DNA of 62,914 nt, the filler included, from Stramenopiles sp. TOSAG23-3 (lineage: Eukaryota): NCBI GenBank assembly GCA_900128585.1. It is 19 parts of 19 records of this genome, joined end to end, with 100 filler letters (N's around TTAATTAATTAA, not from the genome) between each part and the next. Parts side by side here need not be neighbours in the genome. Positions count along the whole stretch, not along the records: positions 43,161 to 46,372 come from LT644357.1; positions 46,473 to 49,683 come from LT644358.1; positions 49,784 to 52,993 come from LT644359.1; positions 53,094 to 56,303 come from LT644360.1; 15 more parts are not named here. One strand, written 5' to 3'. Of this stretch, positions 43,359 to 55,083 are shown piece by piece. The translations under genes were made by a program, and so were the position numbers. Position 1 is the first letter of the stretch, and each line of letters begins with the position of its first letter. Under the pieces are notes generated by a model. It saw only the letters and a program-made list of their open reading frames with translations, was not told the origin of the DNA and ran no database searches.

Positions 43359-45653
43359 ATGGGTTTCCTAATCGACGCGACGCCGCTGACTTGGGAGCAG
43401 GCGCAACCATATTTGGAATACATACGTACCCACGGCCTTCTCCAGTTCATCAATATTTACAACAAAGTAAAAGATCGTAGGAACGATAAGCTTTTGTGGG
43501 GAGATGAGATTGAATACATGGTGCTCAGGCTTGACCCTGACAATCAAAAAGTGTGCGTTTCCCTTCGGGCGGACAAAATTATTACTCAACTCGCAGACGA
43601 AGAGGCCAAGTTGAAGAAGGAAGGGTTGTCGAGCGTTGCGTGGCACCCAGAATACGGGAACTGGATGGTCGAAGCGACGCCAAGTAGACCGTATGGAGGG
43701 TACGCAAGTGATTTGACATCTGTCGTCGAGAACATGCGGACAAGAAGGATGCGAATAAATTCGGCACTGGAGTCGAACGAAATTGCCCTTACCATAGTTG
43801 CGTTCCCTACGTTTGGAGTAGGACAGTTTACCTTTCCAGCAACAAGCCCAGGGGGTATTAGTGCGGAGTCGGACTGCGTTTCGGACCAAGTGATAAATCC
43901 GCACCCCCGATTCGGGACTTTAACTGCCAATATTCGAAAACGAAGGGGGGGGAAAGTTGACATCAAACTCCCGCTATATCAAGATACTTTTACGAACAGA
44001 AAGAACTTGGGCGAGGAGAACGGTGGTAGTCAGTTCAAGATGGATCTCGACCAACCGACGGGAACGGTTGCTTCACAGCCAGCCGCCGACGACGAAAAAA
44101 TGGCAGCAGCTGCTGCCGGGGAAGACAAAGGGAACGACGGCTCGAAGACTCTCGCCTCACCCACACAAACCCCAGCAGCAGAGAAGAACGAAGAATTTGT
44201 TTCCATGGATTGCATGGCGTTTGGTATGGGCTGTTGCTGCCTGCAGGTCACGTTCCAAGCGCGAGATATCGACGAGTCCTTGCGACTGTACGATCAGTTG
44301 GCTGTTTTGACTCCTATATTTTTGGCACTGAGTGCGGCGTGCCCAATAATGAAAGGAAAAATTGTCGATACAGACGTGAGGTGGTCAGTTATTGCAGGGT
44401 CAGTTGACGACCGGACGCCCGCTGAGAGAGGCATGGGAGAATCCAGAGGTGGAACCGTTGCTGGCACTGGCACGAGGCCTATCCGCAAGTCAAGGTATGA
44501 CTCCATTGATTCCTTCATTTCCCAGAACAAATTCTTCCATGAAAAGTACAACGATCTGCAAATCGAGCTGGACGAAGATGCATTGAAGTTGCTTACGGAT
44601 GCGGGTGTACCAGCACTCTTGGCACAGCACATCGCACATTTATGGATCCGAGACCCGCTTGTCATTTACAAAGAGCGCGTTGAAATCGATGACAAGACAG
44701 AGGTGGACCATTTTGAAAATATACAGTCGACGAACTGGCAGAGCGTGCGATGGAAGCCCCCGCCGCCCACGATGGATGGTAAGGATGGAATAGGGTGGCG
44801 TGTAGAATTTCGATCTACAGAAGTTCAGCTCACAGAGTTCGAGAACGCTGCATTTTCTGTTATCATTGCCTTGGTTTCACGCGTGATTCTATTCTTCGAC
44901 TTAAACATGTACATGCCGCTGTCTAAAGTAGACGAGAATATGCAGCGGGCGCACAAGCGTGGAGCTGTTACGGACGAAGTGTTCTTCTTTCGTAACCACG
45001 TCATACCGCTGGCCGAGGAATGTGGGCAGGGCGACGATGGCAAAGCATTTCACGAAGACGTCGAAGATGCGTGCATGCCTATGACAATTGGCGAAATCCT
45101 CATGGGGAAGTCTTTCGAAGGCACAAACCACCGCTTTCCAGGGCTTTTCCCTCTAATTTATGCATACTTGGATATTATTGAGTGCGCTCCCGACACTCGA
45201 CTGAAAATCGAGAATTATTGCAACTTCTTGTACATGCGATCAACAGGGAAGTTGATGACCACGGCCACCTGGATGAGGAAATTCGTAACGTCTCATCCTT
45301 CTTACCAGAACGACTCGGTAGTTTCAGACGACATTGCGTATGACCTCATGGTGGCTTGCGCGGATATAACCAGCGGCAAAACAAAGTGCAGCGAGCTTTT
45401 CGGTGACTTTTCAATACACCCCCACCAATCTCCGAAAACGGATAGTTCTGCAAAGGGATCTGGGACAGACAATGCCCCACGCACCCCGACCCGAAAGTTA
45501 CGCGGCGCGTCATTCCGAGAAGAGGTCAAGACTATGTGGCAGTGCAATTTAATCAAGCAATTGATAGAAAAGTACTCTAGTAAGGTGGGCGATCACACGT
45601 TGGGAAGCCAGGCGGGAACATTCAAGTCGACCACTGCGTATTTGAACGTATAG
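43359..45653 (+). CDS. GCLC: Glutamate-cysteine ligase catalytic subunit (animal/fungal type)
   Basis: LLWGDEIEY, WHPEYG, HPRFGTLTANIR, MDCMAFGMGCCCLQVTFQ, KSRYDS, HFENIQSTNWQ, GWRVEFR. Confidence 0.97.
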   Translation: MGFLIDATPLTWEQAQPYLEYIRTHGLLQFINIYNKVKDRRNDKLLWGDEIEYMVLRLDPDNQKVCVSLRADKIITQLADEEAKLKKEGLSSVAWHPEYGNWMVEATPSRPYGGYASDLTSVVENMRTRRMRINSALESNEIALTIVAFPTFGVGQFTFPATSPGGISAESDCVSDQVINPHPRFGTLTANIRKRRGGKVDIKLPLYQDTFTNRKNLGEENGGSQFKMDLDQPTGTVASQPAADDEKMAAAAAGEDKGNDGSKTLASPTQTPAAEKNEEFVSMDCMAFGMGCCCLQVTFQARDIDESLRLYDQLAVLTPIFLALSAACPIMKGKIVDTDVRWSVIAGSVDDRTPAERGMGESRGGTVAGTGTRPIRKSRYDSIDSFISQNKFFHEKYNDLQIELDEDALKLLTDAGVPALLAQHIAHLWIRDPLVIYKERVEIDDKTEVDHFENIQSTNWQSVRWKPPPPTMDGKDGIGWRVEFRSTEVQLTEFENAAFSVIIALVSRVILFFDLNMYMPLSKVDENMQRAHKRGAVTDEVFFFRNHVIPLAEECGQGDDGKAFHEDVEDACMPMTIGEILMGKSFEGTNHRFPGLFPLIYAYLDIIECAPDTRLKIENYCNFLYMRSTGKLMTTATWMRKFVTSHPSYQNDSVVSDDIAYDLMVACADITSGKTKCSELFGDFSIHPHQSPKTDSSAKGSGTDNAPRTPTRKLRGASFREEVKTMWQCNLIKQLIEKYSSKVGDHTLGSQAGTFKSTTAYLNV

Positions 45654-47176
45654 TAACCCAAGCATTTGCTTCGCTCGCCCGTTGCGGTCACAAAAACATA
45701 GCAAAAAGAAAACATAGACACTATTGTGTAATACTTTCAGTTAAAGATAGTAAATAACAGCCAATTTTCTTGTTTTAAGATAGAAACATAAAATAATTAT
45801 CCCTCACTGTGTGCTATTAACACTTCATTCTGTCCCTACTACACGGATTTTAGTCCTCCCTGTGTAATGCTAGCACTTTCTTCACGGGAACATCACATCA
45901 CTTCGGCCATTTTCGGATCTAATTATTAGGAGTTATTAGGAGTCCTCGTAGACCGTAGACCTAGCACGCTCAACTCATAAAACAACAAAATAAAAATGAT
46001 GATGGAATAAGAAAAAAAATGGACAAATAAAAATAAAAACTACGTTTTGTTGTTGTACATGGAAGGAAGTATTCATATAATTTTTTAGATATATAATACC
46101 CTGGTATGCATCGAAGCAGCGGATATTTTGTGTAAACCTGAACTATATTTCGTGTTTTGTTTATAATTAACTCTGATTGTTCTGTTCTCCTAAGGCAAAC
46201 CAGTATCGGATGAATTCAATATCAAATGTGTGCAAAACGCCAAAATCTGCCGGTGCTTAATTCATGACATCGACATTGATGCTTTGTACTTGTTTCCGAA
46301 GTGCGCAGGTCGCCGATTCTTATGAAATCGAATACATACAGCGCATCCCTATCCCCGAGAAGTTTGAACACTNNNNNNNNNNNNNNNNNNNNNNNNNNNN
46401 NNNNNNNNNNNNNNNNTTAATTAATTAANNNNNNNNNNNNNNNNNNNNNNNNNNNNNNNNNNNNNNNNNNNNGAAGAAGAAGAAGAAGAAGAAGAAGAAA
46501 GAAGAAGAAGAAGAAGAAGAAGAAGAAGAAGAAGAAGAAGAAGAAGAAAAAAAAGAAACGAATGAAGATGGGTGGTTCTTCTTCTTCTTTATATAATATA
46601 TAATAATAATGAACACAGCATCAAATATTAATTATTATCTACACAGATGACTTACTTCTTCTTCTTTATTCCATTTTATAATAAATATAATAATATATTA
46701 ATACCTTTATTAATACAAGTACGAGGACGTATAGACTATATAATAATAAATAGCTGATGATGATGAATATAAAAAATAGTTTGATGATGAGGTTGTTGTT
46801 TTCTTCTTTCTTTTTCGTTCTTCACTGATGAGAGAGAAGAAGAAGAAGAAGGCTTCTTTTTTTTTCTTTTTTTTTCCTTCTTCTTCCCTCCTCTTCTTTC
46901 TTTCTTCTTCCGTCCTTCTTTTTTTCTCTTTCTTCTTCTTCTTTTTTTTTTTTTCCCTCTTTTTCTTTCTTTTTTTGGTTTACGCGAATAAAATACAATA
47001 ACTTTACTTTTTATATGCACGATTTCATTTCATACAACACAGATTTATTTTATTTTTTTCACAAAGTGGCTGAATTACATTTTCTCACCAATTGACGCCA
47101 AGGGACGGACAAATTTATAGAAACGCATTCTAGTCGTTCATTCGCTGCACGGACCTCCTACCACGTATTGCGTACA

Positions 47177-47980
47177 ATGGGAAACGCGCAGCAATCTGGG
47201 GAGTCGTCCGCGGGAGGGGCGGGCGGTGCTCCCACGGCGGCCACCGCTACAAAGAGCAGGTGCCCGGTCGGGTATGGAAAACAGATCGATCACCCTATGT
47301 TGAATAGCGCAAAACAGGCGAAGCAGAAGGGTGATCCGATAAAAGTTCGCATCGACCCTCGGAACATGATGCCCACGTCCGGGACCAACGAGCGAAAACT
47401 TCACTCGAAGCAGACCATTCCCCTCTCCACGGGCCGACGCCGAAGCACCATTCCGAAGGGGTCCTTCACCCCAACGCACCAAGAACAGGACAAAGGGGTG
47501 AAAAGCGACGAGATGAACTGGGTGTACCCGAGCGAGCAAATGTTTTACAACGCAATGGAGCGCAAGGGATGGGATCCGAACGCGGCGGACATGCAGGCAG
47601 TTGTACAGATTCACAATGCAGTCAACGAGCGGACGTGGGGGGAGGTCTTGAAGTGGGAACGGTTGCACCAGGAAGAGAATGCGACGGAGGAAGGTCCTCG
47701 CCTGGTTAAATTTTTAGGAAGGCCCCAGGACCTATCTCCCAAAGCCCGGTTTTTGCACTTTATTGGGTACGCCAAGTACAAACCGTTTGACCGGCACGAT
47801 TGGACCGTCGAGCGCGGAAGCGGGAAACAGGTGCGGTACGTCATTGATTTTTATGGAGGAAAACAAGACCCAAACTCATCGATGAAACCGATTGCGTTTC
47901 ATTTAGACGTCAGGCCTGCCATTGATAGTTTCGAAGCCGTCTACGATCGTATTTACATGGGGCTGTTCCATGACGATTAA
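47177..47980 (+). CDS. HCCS: Holocytochrome c synthase (cytochrome c/c1 heme lyase)
   Basis: CPV heme motif, WVYPSEQMFYNAMERKG, HNAVNE, LSPKAR, PFDRHDW, RYVIDFY, LDVRPA. Confidence 0.96.
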   Translation: MGNAQQSGESSAGGAGGAPTAATATKSRCPVGYGKQIDHPMLNSAKQAKQKGDPIKVRIDPRNMMPTSGTNERKLHSKQTIPLSTGRRRSTIPKGSFTPTHQEQDKGVKSDEMNWVYPSEQMFYNAMERKGWDPNAADMQAVVQIHNAVNERTWGEVLKWERLHQEENATEEGPRLVKFLGRPQDLSPKARFLHFIGYAKYKPFDRHDWTVERGSGKQVRYVIDFYGGKQDPNSSMKPIAFHLDVRPAIDSFEAVYDRIYMGLFHDD

Positions 47981-48344
47981 ATGTACCAGTGTCTGATTTA
48001 GTCTTCACCTGTACGTACCTGGTATGCCATATTAATATTCTATTATAATACCTGGCCAATTTTCTTGTTTTTTTAATACCTGGTATGGTGGGTACTACCG
48101 GATCAAAAATAGAGGAGTAGAACGGTACCAGGTACCGGTACCTGGTATCATACAGGTATAATACCTATAGGTAGTACCTGGTAAAACTCTTTTTTCTCAA
48201 TTTTTTTTTACTACAAAGTGGTTGTCGACTTTCTACTTTATTTTACTCACTTCCTTCTTTTCACATTTTGTATTTCGACAGTTTTCACCTATCGCAATAC
48301 CATTTTAATACAAGGCAAGTTATAAATTTACACTGTCTGTGCGG

Positions 48345-49403
48345 ATGAGCGCTGTGGGTGGAGGGTTAGGCGTTCTGTGCTTAGGGATCAATGTGCTGGA
48401 CTATACGGTAGTCCTGGACGACTTCCCGTTCGCGGATACGAAGCAAGTTGCACGCCGTCAAATTGTCAGTGGTGGGGGGAATGCTGCGAACGCTGCGGTC
48501 CAGGTAAGTCGTCTTGGAGTGGTCTCCAAACTCTTGTCGAACGTTGGGGATGACCTGAACGGGAGAACGCTTTTGGAATTTTTGAAAAAGGAGAACGTTA
48601 ACGTTCAGGGCGTAGAAATCGCAGACGCAGGGCACTCTGTAACGTGCTTTGTGGTGGTCGCCGGCAAAACGAGAACAATAATGTCCATGCCCTACGAGCA
48701 ACGCGTACCAAATTTGTCCATACCGTTTCTTCGCCACCAAGTCAGCGACCACGGAATTTTCGACAACGTGGCCGTTCTTCACCTGGACGGCCGCCACCCT
48801 GAGGCGGCCATAGAGGCAGCTGAACGTGCCCAAGAACAAAAGGTCAGCGTGCTAGTAGAAGCGGAGTTGCGGTCTTCGCAGATGATGCGAACGCAAGGAG
48901 AGGAAATAAAACGCCTCATGTCGTACGCCGACATTGTAGTTACTTCACAAGATTTCCCCACGACTATCGCCTCGAAGGGAGGAAGCGATGGGGGAAAGCC
49001 CAGCCTGGTCCACGCACTGATAGAGGTGGTCGGTAGATTTGCCCCGTTGTGCACCCGCGCAGTGGTTACGCTGGGAAAACATGGCTGCGTGGCCATCGAA
49101 AGGGTGGCGCCGGGGAAAACGGGTCAGCACACGTGGACCACACACACAGTACCAACGTTTCAAATTGCGAAAGAAGTGGAAGATACCACTGGGGCGGGCG
49201 ACGCCTTTATTGGCGGATTGGCCGCATCGATCGCCCGAAACTTACCCTTCAACTCTGCATTGAAAATCGCCTCGTGGACAGGAAGCATGAATTGCAGAGG
49301 GGTCGGCGCTCGCGGGGGCATGCCCAAGGCACTAGAGATGCCGGCAAGCATACGACGCCTTTGGGAGGGCAAGGCGGAATGCGGCAAGAGTGGACAAAAG
49401 TAA
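48345..49403 (+). CDS. PfkB/ribokinase-family sugar kinase (ketohexokinase/YihV-like)
   Basis: GGGNAANAA, VGDD, HLDGRH, VTLGKHG, DTTGAGDAFIGG. Confidence 0.92.
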   Translation: MSAVGGGLGVLCLGINVLDYTVVLDDFPFADTKQVARRQIVSGGGNAANAAVQVSRLGVVSKLLSNVGDDLNGRTLLEFLKKENVNVQGVEIADAGHSVTCFVVVAGKTRTIMSMPYEQRVPNLSIPFLRHQVSDHGIFDNVAVLHLDGRHPEAAIEAAERAQEQKVSVLVEAELRSSQMMRTQGEEIKRLMSYADIVVTSQDFPTTIASKGGSDGGKPSLVHALIEVVGRFAPLCTRAVVTLGKHGCVAIERVAPGKTGQHTWTTHTVPTFQIAKEVEDTTGAGDAFIGGLAASIARNLPFNSALKIASWTGSMNCRGVGARGGMPKALEMPASIRRLWEGKAECGKSGQK

Positions 49404-50374
49404 AGTTAAAAGTAAACATGCTTTGATAAATGACGTTAAATTTAAGATCGTTTTAATATCATACGCAGATACTATATATTTTGTTTTTTCATACGCAGAT
49501 TCATTTTCGCGGTACATGAGAAAGCTAAGTAAATTTTAATTATGCGATAAAACAAAATATATAGTATGTTTTGAAAAAACCCAAAATATATAGTATGTTT
49601 AAAATATGATAGTTTGAATGATGAATACCAGAAGTTTTATTCTGGAACAAGGAGGAGTTTAGGTTCTTGAACGGTTTTACCTTNNNNNNNNNNNNNNNNN
49701 NNNNNNNNNNNNNNNNNNNNNNNNNNNTTAATTAATTAANNNNNNNNNNNNNNNNNNNNNNNNNNNNNNNNNNNNNNNNNNNNGTTATGCGTTCTCCTTG
49801 CTTTAGTTTGGCATTTTCTGGCCAAACGCTTTCATACTTTGAAAATCGAGTCGGATTTTTTTTCGCGCCACGGACACTGAACACTTTATTAAACAGGTGT
49901 CTACTATGGCATTTTACTTTTTAAAAAACAACGACGGTCGTCTTTTTATTTTTGCACGAAAGCGATCAAATTAACATGGAATAGCATTATGGCATCTGAC
50001 CAAGGAACTTGATTAAATTTTCGAAGAACCGAAAAAATCTTCTGAGTGACATAAAATAAGTACTCGTATCTCTTGATTCATTGTATAAATCTTAATAAGT
50101 GTTGATTAAAAACAAATTATGTATATGTTGATTAATACTTAGTTTGCCAGGCGGTCGGCCTACCGTCTTTCCTAATTAATCCATTTGCATCTCTCTCTCC
50201 TGTCAAACAAAAATTACGACGCTGGAGGAAAGGGGGCGTGTACCTTTTGGGCAGAGAACCAGGTCGTTGGGGATAGAAAAACGCTCGCACGATCGGACTA
50301 GAAAAGATAATTTCTAGAGTATTTAGACATTACCAGCCTCTTTGTTTTCTCTACACTTATGCCCACCCCACCCG

Positions 50375-51616
50375 TCATCTCTTCCCCAGCGCGTTGCTCA
50401 AATCGTCCACTAGGTCGCGCTTGTCTTCGAGGCCAATCGACAGTCGAAGCAAACTGTCTGGTGTCGGCGTATCCTCTGGCTCGATGCTGGCTCGGTGCTC
50501 GATCAACGATTCTGTACCACCGAGAGAAGTTGCGCGTGCAAAAAGTTTTGTTTTAGCGGCCACGGCGACGGCCTTTTCCATGCCCCCGTGAATTTCTATA
50601 GACATCATGCCGCCGTAGCAATCTGGAATGTTCATTTGCGATTTCATGATTTCATGTTGGGGATGGTCTGGATTTCCTGGAAAGTGTACCTTCGAGACGG
50701 CAGGATGCTCGGATAAAAATTGGGCCACGTAGTTTGCATTTTCACAGTGGAGTTTCATGCGTGCTTGGAGAGATCTTAGCCCTCTCAAGAGTAACCAGCA
50801 GTCAAACGGCGACGGGACAGCGCCGCCAAGCTGCTGAACAGTTTTGCATTGTTCAAAGATCGACCCTGCCGTCTCGTTACAGTCTGGCCCGAGGATAACT
50901 GCGCCCCCCGTCATATCGCTGTGACCACCCATGTACTTCGTCGTAGAGTGCAAGACCATGTCCGCACCGAATTCAAACGGGGAGCATAGGACCGGCGACA
51001 TCCATGTGGAATCGACGGCATGCAACGCCCCGTGTGCACGGCAAAGGTCGGAAAGCCTCCTCATGTCGGGAACATTCAGCATCGGGTTGGACGGTATTTC
51101 GGATATCAGGACGACCGGGCCAGTCCCTGGCCTTGAGGCCCTCTCGAGGCAGGCACTGAGTTCCTCTTCGCTGGACAGGTCAACGACCGAATGTTCCAGA
51201 CCCCATCTCGAAAACACCCCGTGAATGAGGCTTCTGGTACCGTGGTACATGTCCTCCCCGAGAACAACGTGCCCCCCTTGCCCGAGCGCTGAAATTAGCG
51301 CGTGAATCCCAGCAAGACCAGAGCCGAAAGAGCAGGCTTCATCTCCGCCCTCGAGCTCCGCGAGGGTCTTTTCCAGTAACGACCGAGTAGGGTTCCCCAT
51401 CCTCCCGTATATAAACTCACCATCATAAGACAAGTCCTTCTCGCGCTCAAAAGTCGATGACATCACAATGCTCGGGGTGAGTGCCTTCGTAACAGGGTCA
51501 ACGGTGCAACCGGCCCGAGCAACCTTCGTGGCTTTGGCAACCGTCGCGAAGCCCCCCCTGACAGACAGGTTCCTGCACACCGTCCTGGAACCGGTCACAA
51601 TTCCAAGCCAATACAT
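50375..51616 (-). CDS. Cystathionine gamma-lyase/synthase family PLP enzyme with a possible N-terminal targeting peptide
   Basis: YGRMGNPT, EIPSNP, VDST, HSTTKYMGGHSD (PLP Lys), SLGGTESLIEH, LRLSIGLE. Confidence 0.93.
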   Translation of the reverse strand: MYWLGIVTGSRTVCRNLSVRGGFATVAKATKVARAGCTVDPVTKALTPSIVMSSTFEREKDLSYDGEFIYGRMGNPTRSLLEKTLAELEGGDEACSFGSGLAGIHALISALGQGGHVVLGEDMYHGTRSLIHGVFSRWGLEHSVVDLSSEEELSACLERASRPGTGPVVLISEIPSNPMLNVPDMRRLSDLCRAHGALHAVDSTWMSPVLCSPFEFGADMVLHSTTKYMGGHSDMTGGAVILGPDCNETAGSIFEQCKTVQQLGGAVPSPFDCWLLLRGLRSLQARMKLHCENANYVAQFLSEHPAVSKVHFPGNPDHPQHEIMKSQMNIPDCYGGMMSIEIHGGMEKAVAVAAKTKLFARATSLGGTESLIEHRASIEPEDTPTPDSLLRLSIGLEDKRDLVDDLSNALGKR

Positions 51617-52106
51617 TGTACGGTAAGACTGTTGTCACGATCAGTTACTGCATGCAAGTCTATGCCTGTAATCTCTTTTCGGTCCGCTGTTTTATTTTCT
51701 TCCGGTTGTTCATGGTTGTGGGATTCGGTGGTACGATTTAGATACGATTATTATTAAGTAGAAAAAATAATGAAGAAAAAAAAGGTAGGAGGAGGGAGAA
51801 GAGGAGGAGGAGGAGGAAGAAGGGAAAAAGAAGAAAAAAGACGATTATTAATATGTGTTGCTGTGTCCATGTCGTCCCCGGAAGCTCGTCATCATCATCG
51901 TGTTTTTTATTTAATAATTATTAAACGAAGAGAAAAAAAACTGGAGAAGAAGAAGAAGAAGAAGAAAGAAGAGACTAAAAAATAAAACGGCGAACTGCAA
52001 AAATTTGTTTATTGTAGTAGTACGGTATAATACTACCAAGCAAAAGAAAAAAACAGCAACGGTAATAACAGCAACAAACTACAACACCCCACAGACACAT
52101 ACATAA

Positions 52107-52993
52107 ATGGATGCATCAAATTCTTCTCTTTTGTTGCACCTTTCTACCCATACAAGAATGGTTGTTGGTAATTTATTCCTGTTGCATAATTACAACAGTG
52201 AACGTAAATTACGAGGGAAAATCTCGCAATTGAATCACGTCGTAAATATTGTTTTCTCTAAGTGTTTTCACGTTCTTCAATGGTTTCCTGAGAAAGTTAT
52301 TTCAGAAGCTTATTCATTGTAAGTTCTTTGGGGACCCCAAAAAATTCGCTGTTATAGAAAGACGGTTTATTGATTTTCTATTTTTCCTTTATGCTCCGAA
52401 CACTTCTTCGTCGCTCACAGCGAAGGCGGGAACGCTCCGTCCTGCGGCATCGCAGGTCGAATATTGCCAATACTCGCCAAGATTACTTAGATGAACTTGC
52501 GAAAATAGCTCGAGTGCAAAATGTAGCAGCCGCAAGAATACAAGCAATGAAACGACGTTGGGATGCGAAAGTTAGAGTTGCGTGGATGCGGAAAATTGAA
52601 GCAGCAGCGCTGCTGCTACAGAAGCATTGGCGGGGTATTCTTGGTCGCCGAATTGCTCACGAGGAAAAAATGAAATTAATTAGGGTTGTCCCAACGAAAT
52701 TTCAGATGCAGCAACTAAAGAAAAGGTGCATTGTTATGAGTAGGTTTGGAGAGTGGCAAGAGCTGAGGGACTCACATACGAATCATATTTTTTTCTACCA
52801 TACACCCACTGGTGATTCACAGTGGGACCCTCCTACAGGAAAAGAACTTGGAGATGTCACTGATTACCACTGTACCTTTGAAGACTGCCTGCAGATATTT
52901 CCCAATCTACTGGCCCTAGAACATCACCGAGACACATCCCATCGATGGCAATGCCCTGCCTGCTTTCAGAACAATTCTGTCAATGCCTTTCCA
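52107..52993 (+). CDS. IQ-motif + WW + C2H2 zinc-finger protein; probable intron 52319-52455 (3' truncated)
   Basis: IQAMKRRW and LQKHWRGILGR (IQ); WQELRD..FFYHTPTGDSQWDPP (WW); CTFEDC..HHRDTSH; GTAAGT...CGCAG joins the 52107 ORF in frame (5' exon less certain). Confidence 0.7.
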
Positions 52994-53093
52994 NNNNNNN
53001 NNNNNNNNNNNNNNNNNNNNNNNNNNNNNNNNNNNNNTTAATTAATTAANNNNNNNNNNNNNNNNNNNNNNNNNNNNNNNNNNNNNNNNNNNN

Positions 53094-54631
53094 CCCGCAG
53101 GCAGCTCCAGGCGGCGCCAAAAACGGTAGCAGACGTACTCGGAATGAACACTGGCATCAAAAAAATAAACGAACCCCTAAGGACGTCACAAACATTGAAA
53201 AGACCCGTAGAATCGATGTTCATGTCCGCAAAACCAGCGCCCATCAGAGATGTGCAAGAGCCCAGTGACACTCGTGTGCAGGCCTATGACAAAATTAAAT
53301 TTCCTAACTCCGCCCCGTCGCTGTCCTCTGGGCCCGTTCTGGGCGACAAAGACGAGGTCTTGAAACCGTTAGATTTGCAGGGATTTGTGCGTCCAAATGA
53401 AGTGCAGGAGCAAAACCGTCCAAACAATCTCGATCCACGGAACTCGGCGTTGGCATCGTCCTGCGATACGGAGGAATACGAATCTCTCGCCGGGGCGGTG
53501 CGAGAGGGCAGCGGCGCGTCCGAAACGGACAGCGCGAACGATTCGGACACTGCCAGCGAAGAAAGGATCGTCCCTGGAAAAGAACGACAGGATGAAACGG
53601 GAGATAGTGAGGTTGGCTTGGGCAGTGGTGAGTCGTCTACTGGGAGTAGTGAGGAGGAGGGGGACGCGGACAATGAAACGGATGAACGGCCGACCTCGTC
53701 GTCGAACAGCACCGTCTCTTCCACCTGCGCAGAAGACGACGGCAGTGGCATCGACACGAGTCCTGCCATTAAAGCGGAATCAACGACTAAACAGAAGCTT
53801 AAGAAAGGCAAACAGAAGAAGAAGAAGAAAATAAAGAAGAAAAATAGGAGTAGCAGTTGTCTTTCTTCTACCGCAGGATCAAAACCAGGTAAACGAGAAC
53901 TTTCGTCCTTCGGCTTGAAGAGCTCGTCGAAGACACTTCGCGCGAGGGGAAGCAAACCCCGAACTGCCCCGAGTAGAAAAGTTCAAGGTATACCCGCTAA
54001 ATTGGTTTGCACGCCTCGTGAGGCTGCTCCAAAACAGAAGAAGAAGCGCCTGGACACGGGCTTGGATGATCTGAAATCAAAAGGGTTTGAAGTAAAATAC
54101 TTCGTCAAGAGCGACGATTCAAATGCACTAGAGGAGCAGATCAAGGCAGAGACTGAACAGGCCCGACGGGAAAGAAGAGAACGGCAAGCCTTGGATACTG
54201 GTTTAAATAAACTGAAGGCAGACGGGTACGTCATAAAAATTTCGAACAAGGAATCGAGCGAAGACGATGCGGAGACGAAGTCGACTCCACGAAAAGACTT
54301 TGACGTCGTGAAACAAATGCAAAAGGCACAAAAACGTGTAAAAGAGCGAAAAAAGCAGGAAGCCAAGGAGAAGAAAGACAAGGTTTCCCAAGGCGAAAAG
54401 GCAGCGTCGTACGTTAGGGAAACGGCAAACAAGCAGAAAGAACTGCGACGAGCTCGTATTTATGCTATTAATGCAATTCAAAGAGAGTGGCGGATGGCCA
54501 TGATGGCAGCGTTTGCTCATAATCGCCAATTGATGGATCAAGAGGACCTAGAGGCGGAGGAAGTGACGTGCCTGAGTCCGACCAAATTTTCGGAGGAAAA
54601 CGTTGGTGAGAAGGAAGTCTCTGCGGAATGA
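53094..54631 (+). CDS. Low-complexity protein with a C-terminal SVBP-like motif (5' truncated)
   Basis: Frame open from the contig start; KELRRARIYAINAIQRE resembles the SVBP core RAEIYALNRVM; internal repeat LDTGL..LK..G. Confidence 0.6.
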
Positions 54632-55083
54632 AGTAGGTGGGGAGGGGACGGGGGGGGGCTCAAAGAAGACGCGCTCGCATTTTTTCCTAAATTTAGAGAG
54701 AGAACGTCTTATTTGTGCCCGCGCACGCAGCCAGGCAAGCAACAGTTTTTAAAACAGAAACTGTAACGGATGATAAAAAAACAAAAAACTGGCTGTTAAT
54801 TAAAGTTCTAACCCTAATTTCAAAAATTTTAGAAAAAGAAGAAAAATACTATTTTTTATAATAATAAGATTTTCAGTTTTTTATCTAAAGCATACTATAT
54901 AATTTGTTTTTTTTCAGTTTATCTAAAATTCGCACGCTCTTAATTCATTTTACGAAAAAGAATTTTAAGAAAAAAAATAATTCTTTGAAAATTCTTAAAA
55001 ATTGGAATCACCACATAGAATCAATTTAGCTTTTCTCGTGCTCCCAGCCTCTTCTCACGCCCTCCCTCGCTTCCCCAACCTTT

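Noticed and set aside
46736..47020. Lys/Arg-rich or Phe/Ile-rich short ORFs in intergenic DNA (also 7245, 26842, 32802, 51770)
   Set aside because: They are translations of microsatellite and AT-rich low-complexity sequence.
43359..51616. Apparent sulfur/redox cluster (GCL, heme lyase, cystathionine lyase)
   Set aside because: The genes lie on three different contigs that are ordered only by length.
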